A DNA stretch of 61,902 nt from Chloroflexota bacterium (GTDB lineage Bacteria; Chloroflexota; Dehalococcoidia; SM23-28-2; RBG-16-64-32), in the NCBI GenBank assembly GCA_036732045.1, contig DAINDD010000001.1, positions 60,828 through 122,729 on the forward strand, written 5' to 3'. Positions 56,727-61,902 of this stretch are shown in pieces. The position numbers were made by a program, and so were the translations under genes. The notes beneath the pieces were generated by a model. That model was not told the DNA's origin, searched no databases, and was given only the letters and a program-made list of their open reading frames with translations. Position 1 is the first letter of the stretch. Each line of letters starts with the position of its first letter.

Positions 56727-57695
56727 ATGGATGACACACCCACAGACGGCCTCAACTTGGCCGCACGATCTACCTCGGCGTCTCCTCCGGCCAGCGTGTC
56801 CCGAGGCACGCCCTCCACCTTTCGCCAGAAGGTCGAGGCTGGCAAGTTCGTGATGACCGTCGAGGTCGACCCGCCGCACGGCCTCCGCCCCGCCAAGGCC
56901 GTCGAGGGCGCGCGCCTGCTGCGCGACGCCGGCGTCGACGCGATCAACGTCGGCGACAGCCCTACGGCCAAAGTGCGTATGTCGCCGCTGGCGATGTCGG
57001 TGCTGCTCAAGCAAGAGCTAGGCGTTGACATCGTCATGCACTACACCACTCGGGACCGTAACGCTATGGCCATCCACTCGGACATGATCGGCGCCCACGT
57101 GCTCAACATCCGCAGCATCCTCTGCCTGCGCGGCGACCCACCCTCGCTCGGTGGCTATACGGACATCGTCGGTGTCTGGGACGTCAGCGCCGTCGGGCTC
57201 ATCCGGTTCCTCAAGCTGGCCAACGACGGCGTCGACTTCAGCGGCAAGTCGATTTCCGGCAAGGCCGGCTTCTTCATCGGCGCCTCCGCCAACCTTAACG
57301 CCGACCCCCTGGAGACAGAGCTGCGTCTCATGCGCCGCAAGGTCGAGGCGGGCTGCCACTTCTTCATGACGCAAAACGTCTTCGACGAGAAGACCCTCAA
57401 GCACTTCCTGGACGGAGCGGCCAAGTTCAAGAAGCCGATCATGATCGGCGTTCTGCCATTGCACAACTCCCGCCATGCCGAGTTCCTCCACAACGAAGTC
57501 CCCGGCATGACCCTCCCGGACTCCGTCCGCGACCGCATGCGCCGCGCCGGCGACGAAGCTGGTCCGAAAGAAGGCGCAGCAATGGCCCGTGACCTCATCG
57601 CTCTTTGCCGCGAGAAGGCCGCCGGCGTCTACCTCGTCCCCTCCTTCGGCCGCTACGACATCGTCGCCGAGCTCATCGCCGGCACCAAGCGCTGA
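56727..57695 (+). CDS. Methylenetetrahydrofolate reductase-like protein (YitJ C-terminal type)
   Basis: VEVDPP, DAINVGDSP, HYTTRDRN, LCLRGDPP, RRKVEAG, FFMTQ, HNEVPG. Confidence 0.88.
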   Translation: MDDTPTDGLNLAARSTSASPPASVSRGTPSTFRQKVEAGKFVMTVEVDPPHGLRPAKAVEGARLLRDAGVDAINVGDSPTAKVRMSPLAMSVLLKQELGVDIVMHYTTRDRNAMAIHSDMIGAHVLNIRSILCLRGDPPSLGGYTDIVGVWDVSAVGLIRFLKLANDGVDFSGKSISGKAGFFIGASANLNADPLETELRLMRRKVEAGCHFFMTQNVFDEKTLKHFLDGAAKFKKPIMIGVLPLHNSRHAEFLHNEVPGMTLPDSVRDRMRRAGDEAGPKEGAAMARDLIALCREKAAGVYLVPSFGRYDIVAELIAGTKR

Positions 57696-57699
57696 GAAC

Positions 57700-57905
57700 A
57701 GCCCGCAGATTTTCACAGATGAGACACCGATAGGATCTTCTCTAGGCTGACGTCACCAGAGGATGAGCAACCCTTTGTGGGCCAATCTGCGACGACAATT
57801 CGAGCCAGTTGAGGAGCATCTGTGGTCAATCTGTGCGCATCTGTGGCCACAATAATCTGCGTCCAATCTGCCCGAATCTGCGACAATCTGCGTCGTCTTG
57901 CGGTT
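57700..57905. repeat. Cluster of short ATCTG(C/T)G repeats with inverted CAGAT copies
   Basis: GCAGATTTTCACAGATG at left; ATCTGTG, ATCTGCG, ATCTGCC repeated at 57818-57891. Confidence 0.6.
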
Positions 57906-57915
57906 AAATGAACGT

Positions 57916-59712
57916 ATGACATCACTCCACTTCTCCCCACGGCCGAACCGCGCGCACGAGATCGCCTGGCGCGAGTGGGGCGAAGACGCTTTCCGGGAGG
58001 CCCGCGAGGCGAACAAGCCCGTCCTGCTCTCGCTCTCCGCCGTCTGGTGCCACTGGTGCCACGTGATGGACGAGACGTCGTACTCCGATCCGGGTGTCAT
58101 CGCCTTCATCAACGAGCACTACGTCCCCGTCCGTGTCGACAACGATCAGCGACCGGACGTCAACGCTCGCTACAATATGGGCGGCTGGCCGACGACGGCC
58201 TTCCTCACGCCGGACGGCGAGATCCTCGCTGGCGCCACCTACATCCCGCCGGAGCAGATGCTGGAAGCGCTGCCGAAGGTCTACACGCACTTCGTCTCCA
58301 ACCGCGATGAGGTCTCGGAGAAAGCGGTAGAGCTGCGGGAACGCCGCGAGGCCGCGTACACCGGCAGCGGCGGGGAGCTGACCCCCGCCATCTTCGACGG
58401 TGTCGTGCGGAGCGTCGTCAACGCCTACGACCCGCTCTACGGCGGCTTCGGCGAGGCGCCCAAGTTTCCGCACACGGACTCGATCGACCTGCTGCTGTAC
58501 GCCAGCCGCCGCCTGGGGGATCCGGACCTTCTGCACATGGCCCGCAAGACGCTGGAGATGATGTATGCCGGCGACGTCTATGACCACGAATGGAACGGCT
58601 TCTTCCGCTACGCCACCCGCCGCGACTGGTCGGACCCGCACTACGAGAAGATGCTCGAGGACAACGCGGGTCTCCTCCGCAACGCGTGCCATCTGTACCG
58701 CATCACCGGCCGCGAAGAGCACGCCGAGATCGCACGCGGCATCATCGCATACGTCGAGTGGAAGCTGCGCGACCCGGAGCGAGGCTACTTCTACGGCTCT
58801 CAGGACGCCGACGAGGAGTTCTACAAGCTCGACGCCGAGCGACGCAAAGAACACGACGAGCCGTACATCGACCGAACTTGCTACACCTCCTGGAACGCCC
58901 AGATGATCTCGGCCTACCTCGAGGCGTCATGGACGCTCGACCGCCGCGATCTGCTCGGCGCTGGCCTCCAGGCGCTGCTTTTCCTCTGGGACGAATGCCG
59001 AGACTCGTCGAGCGGATCGATGTACCGTTACCACGACGGCTCGCCGCACATCGTTGGCCTGCTCGGCGACCAGGCGTACACCGCCCGTGCGCTGCTCGAC
59101 GCGGCTGAGGTGACGGGCGACTCGCAGTACGTTGACCGCGCGAGCGAGTTGGCGGAGCTGCTGAGCGGCCGCTTTCACGACGACGCCAACGGCGGCTTCT
59201 GGGACGTCTGGGACGAAGCGCCGGACGTCGGTCGCCTCCGCGAAAGGCAGAAGTCGATCCAGGACAACGCCATCTGCGCCGAGGTCTTCTTGCGCCTCCA
59301 TCACCTGACGCGGGAGCCTCGCTACCTCGATATCGCCCGCGCGGCCGTCGAATCGTTTGCGGGCACGGCTGACCGCATGGGGTATTTCGCCGCGAGTTAC
59401 GCCAGGGTGGCCGATCTGCTGCTCAACCCGCCCGCCGAAGTGAACATCGTCGGCTCGCCGGAAACAGCTGGTTCGCTGCACCGTGCCGCGCTCCTGCTGG
59501 ACGCGCCGCAGCGCATCGTCCAGCTGCTCGATCCGGTGCGTGATGCTGCACGGCTCGCCGCACTCTCCCTGCCGATTGAGCCCGCTCCCGCCGCCTACCT
59601 TTGTGTCGGCACATCTTGCTCTGCGCCTGTGACGTCCGTCCCCGGCCTGCTGGAAGCCACGCGCCAGATGCAGCAGATGTCCGGCCCGCGGCAGGTCTCC
59701 CCCGGTGACTGA
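57916..59712 (+). CDS. Thioredoxin-domain protein, YyaL/SSP411 (DUF255) family
   Basis: WREWGEDAF, LSAVWCHWCHVM, GGWPTT, GGFGEAPKFP, PHYEKMLEDN, SWNAQMI. Confidence 0.92.
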   Translation: MTSLHFSPRPNRAHEIAWREWGEDAFREAREANKPVLLSLSAVWCHWCHVMDETSYSDPGVIAFINEHYVPVRVDNDQRPDVNARYNMGGWPTTAFLTPDGEILAGATYIPPEQMLEALPKVYTHFVSNRDEVSEKAVELRERREAAYTGSGGELTPAIFDGVVRSVVNAYDPLYGGFGEAPKFPHTDSIDLLLYASRRLGDPDLLHMARKTLEMMYAGDVYDHEWNGFFRYATRRDWSDPHYEKMLEDNAGLLRNACHLYRITGREEHAEIARGIIAYVEWKLRDPERGYFYGSQDADEEFYKLDAERRKEHDEPYIDRTCYTSWNAQMISAYLEASWTLDRRDLLGAGLQALLFLWDECRDSSSGSMYRYHDGSPHIVGLLGDQAYTARALLDAAEVTGDSQYVDRASELAELLSGRFHDDANGGFWDVWDEAPDVGRLRERQKSIQDNAICAEVFLRLHHLTREPRYLDIARAAVESFAGTADRMGYFAASYARVADLLLNPPAEVNIVGSPETAGSLHRAALLLDAPQRIVQLLDPVRDAARLAALSLPIEPAPAAYLCVGTSCSAPVTSVPGLLEATRQMQQMSGPRQVSPGD

Positions 59713-60388
59713 CCCCGAACGTTACCTCCGCAAAGCCCGCGAAAGCCTCGCCTCCGCGAAGGCGGACGTCGCCGCCGGCCGCTACAACTCCGCCGCCAAT
59801 CGCGCCTACTACGCCGCCTTCCAGGCCGCCGTTGCGGCGCTGATCCACAACAGCATTCAGCCCGCCAAGGCATGGCAGCATAAGTTCGTTACCAGTCAGT
59901 TGTCAGGTAAACTGATAAAACGAAGAAAGCTGCTACCGAGCGTGCTGACGGCGATGCTCGATGACCTCTTCCGCTTTCGAGCACTAGGAGATTATGAGCC
60001 GGAGGACGTCTCGAAGACCGATGCCAGCCGGGGCGCAAAGAATGCAGCAAGATTCATCCAGGAGGTAGATCGCGCCGTGAAGCTCAGCACGATTAGGGAA
60101 GCGTCCGCGGAATACGCTGCTAGCGTCGCTGCCGCGCCGTCGCTGGAGTTGGCAGAGCGACGGATTGACGAACTGGAAGCGCTTATTCGGACGAAGTACC
60201 CGGAAGCGCAATTCGGGGTAATCCAGCTCGGATCGAGCGACTACCGCCTCAACGTGTACATCAAGCAGCGCAGCAGCTACAGTGCCTTCTCCAGGCTACT
60301 TGGAAGCCGAACAACCGACATCCTCGTCGATGACGATATCTGGATCGTCGTCATCCCTCATCCCCTGAGCGAACTACGCAACAACTGA
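59705..60388 (+). CDS. HEPN-domain protein with extra C-terminal domain
   Basis: YLRKARESL, YNSAANRAYYAAFQAAVAAL, H59, FRFRALGDY; about 100-aa C-terminal extension; lower GC. Confidence 0.8.
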   Translation: MTDPERYLRKARESLASAKADVAAGRYNSAANRAYYAAFQAAVAALIHNSIQPAKAWQHKFVTSQLSGKLIKRRKLLPSVLTAMLDDLFRFRALGDYEPEDVSKTDASRGAKNAARFIQEVDRAVKLSTIREASAEYAASVAAAPSLELAERRIDELEALIRTKYPEAQFGVIQLGSSDYRLNVYIKQRSSYSAFSRLLGSRTTDILVDDDIWIVVIPHPLSELRNN

Positions 60389-60391
60389 CAC

Positions 60392-60916
60392 ATGCCAATC
60401 ACTGACGTTGAGCGGGTGATGCACGAGATGCCGTACGGACTGTACATCGTGGGCTCCAAAGAGTCCGACGGGCGCGTCAACGGCATGATGGCCGACTGGG
60501 TGATGCAGGTATCGTTCCAGCCGCGCCTCGTGGCCGTTGCCTTCGAGGGCACGTCGCACACGCTCGCCAACGTCCGGGAGCGGCGCTACTTCTCGGTAAA
60601 TCTACTCGCTCAGGACGACGAGAGCATGGAGCTGGCGCGGCGGTTCGCGCAGCCGTTCAGCGGCGAGAAGGTCGAGGGCCGCAAAGGCGAAGAGCGCGCG
60701 AAGGTGCACTACAAGCTCGAAGACGTCCCGCACCAGACCTCCGCCAACGGCTGCCCCATCCTCGACACCGCCATGGCCTGGTTCGAGTGCGAGCTCGTCG
60801 AAGAGCAGCCGATCGGCGACCACGTGCTCGTCGTCGGCGCAGTGCTGGACGGCGGCGTCCTCAAAGAGGTGGAGCCGATGACCTCGCACTACACCGGCTG
60901 GACGTACAGCGGCTGA
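60392..60916 (+). CDS. Flavin reductase-like family protein
   Basis: MPYGLYIVGS, WVMQVSFQP, FSVNLL, MAWFECE, IGDHVLVVG. Confidence 0.9.
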   Translation: MPITDVERVMHEMPYGLYIVGSKESDGRVNGMMADWVMQVSFQPRLVAVAFEGTSHTLANVRERRYFSVNLLAQDDESMELARRFAQPFSGEKVEGRKGEERAKVHYKLEDVPHQTSANGCPILDTAMAWFECELVEEQPIGDHVLVVGAVLDGGVLKEVEPMTSHYTGWTYSG

Positions 60917-60921
60917 CGCGC

Positions 60922-61443
60922 CTACCAGTCGACCCACGTATCGCGCGAGACCGGCTCTTCGACGCCCAGGTCGTACTTGATCCGCCGCACCTGCCAGAGA
61001 TGCTCCAGGTCGTGCTGGGCTAGCCCCCGAGCGATCTCTTCGAGCGTGATCGACTCCTTGTACGGGTGCTTCCCCGGCCGTTTCCAGTCGCTCTCGTCCA
61101 GGCCCCAGAGCAGGTAAGTCGTCTCCCGGCGCAAGTTGCGGAACTCCGTGAGCAGCCTCCGCAGGCTGTACGACCGATAGTCGCGCTCCAGGGGCAGCAC
61201 GTCGACGTCCCACACCGGCACCGGCTTCTGCTTCGACTCGACGAGAGACGTCATCTGCAGCGCAGCCAGCTCCTCCGCATCGCGCAGATGCGCGGCGATC
61301 TCCTTCAGCGAGAGCTCGTCCTCCGCCGGCCGCTTGCACAGCACCTTCTCGTCCAGCCCTGAAAGCTCCGAAACGATCGAGTTGCCGGCCTCGCGCAGCG
61401 CCTTCAGCACCCAGCTCTGAGAGTCGCTTTCTTCCAGCAGCAC
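60922..61443 (-). CDS. DinB family protein
   Basis: LSLKEIAAHLRDAE, HDLEHLWQV; TATAAT 6 nt before GTG. Confidence 0.88.
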   Translation of the reverse strand: MLLEESDSQSWVLKALREAGNSIVSELSGLDEKVLCKRPAEDELSLKEIAAHLRDAEELAALQMTSLVESKQKPVPVWDVDVLPLERDYRSYSLRRLLTEFRNLRRETTYLLWGLDESDWKRPGKHPYKESITLEEIARGLAQHDLEHLWQVRRIKYDLGVEEPVSRDTWVDW

Positions 61444-61546
61444 GGGACGATTATAGCCGTCAGCACTCAGCTATCAGCTACCAGCCGCGAAGGGGATCTT
61501 TCGTGAAGCAACTGGGAGGTCTTCGGCTCATCGTGAAGCGCGGCAT

Positions 61547-61902
61547 CCCACTTAAGCAGGATGCTGAAGAAGGGGAGTGAAGGGGGGCGAAGCCCTCCTA
61601 CCGGGGGTCTGGTGGTGTCCCCCAGACCACTTTTCCCACTAAGCAGGATGCTGGAAGAAGGGAGGAGTGAAGGGGGGCGAAGCCCTCCTACCGGGTCTGG
61701 TGGTGTCCCCAGCCACTTTTCCGACTAAGCAGGATGCTGAAGAAGGGGAGTGAAGGGGAGCGAAGCCCTCCTACCGGGGGTCTGGTGGTGTCCCCCAGAC
61801 CCCTTTTCCCACTAAGCAGGATGCTGGAAGAAGGGGAGTGAAGGGGAACGAAGCCCTCCTACCGGGGGTCTGGGGGTGTCCCCCAGCCCACTTTTCCCAC
61901 TA
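61547..61902. repeat. Tandem array of 86-88 bp palindromic units (4 complete + 1 partial, runs off window)
   Basis: Units start at 61547, 61635, 61721, 61808, 61896; consensus CCCACTAAGCAGGATGCTGAAGAAGGGGAGTGAAGGGGGGCGAAGCCCTCCTACCGGGGGTCTGGTGGTGTCCCCCAGACCACTTTT. Confidence 0.95.

Noticed and set aside
61547-61902. CRISPR array
   Set aside because: Units are almost fully repeated with no unique spacers, and no cas genes are in the window

Overview
High-GC bacterial chromosomal segment, most consistent with an aerobic Dehalococcoidia-like Chloroflexota (inference from the long PurN form, the AroK-AroB fusion and repeat families). Core content: purE/purD/purN, xseAB, efp-pepQ-aroQ, xerC-topA-dprA, alaS-ruvX-aroE-aroC-aroKB, selA, nadE and a complete ctaA-ctaG heme-copper oxidase cluster with no cytochrome c domain. 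Best leads: (1) a Ku-LigD NHEJ locus abutting a second ATP-dependent ligase homologue whose motif I lysine and both motif V lysines are replaced (apparent pseudo-ligase), coupled to a small membrane protein; (2) an ABM-like domain + transmembrane + type-1-copper cupredoxin fusion convergent on the oxidase operon; (3) a HEPN protein fused to an antitoxin-like C-terminal domain; (4) a ~115-120 aa low-GC insertion in AlaS; (5) two exported-protein genes each split by one in-frame TAG; (6) a stand-alone GlmU acetyltransferase half; (7) an ~88-bp tandem palindromic array at the window end. Frameshifts in ctaB and an EVE gene suggest possible sequencing indels. No rRNA, tRNA, CRISPR array or transposase was recognised. 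All family assignments come from motifs read by eye; no database searches were run.
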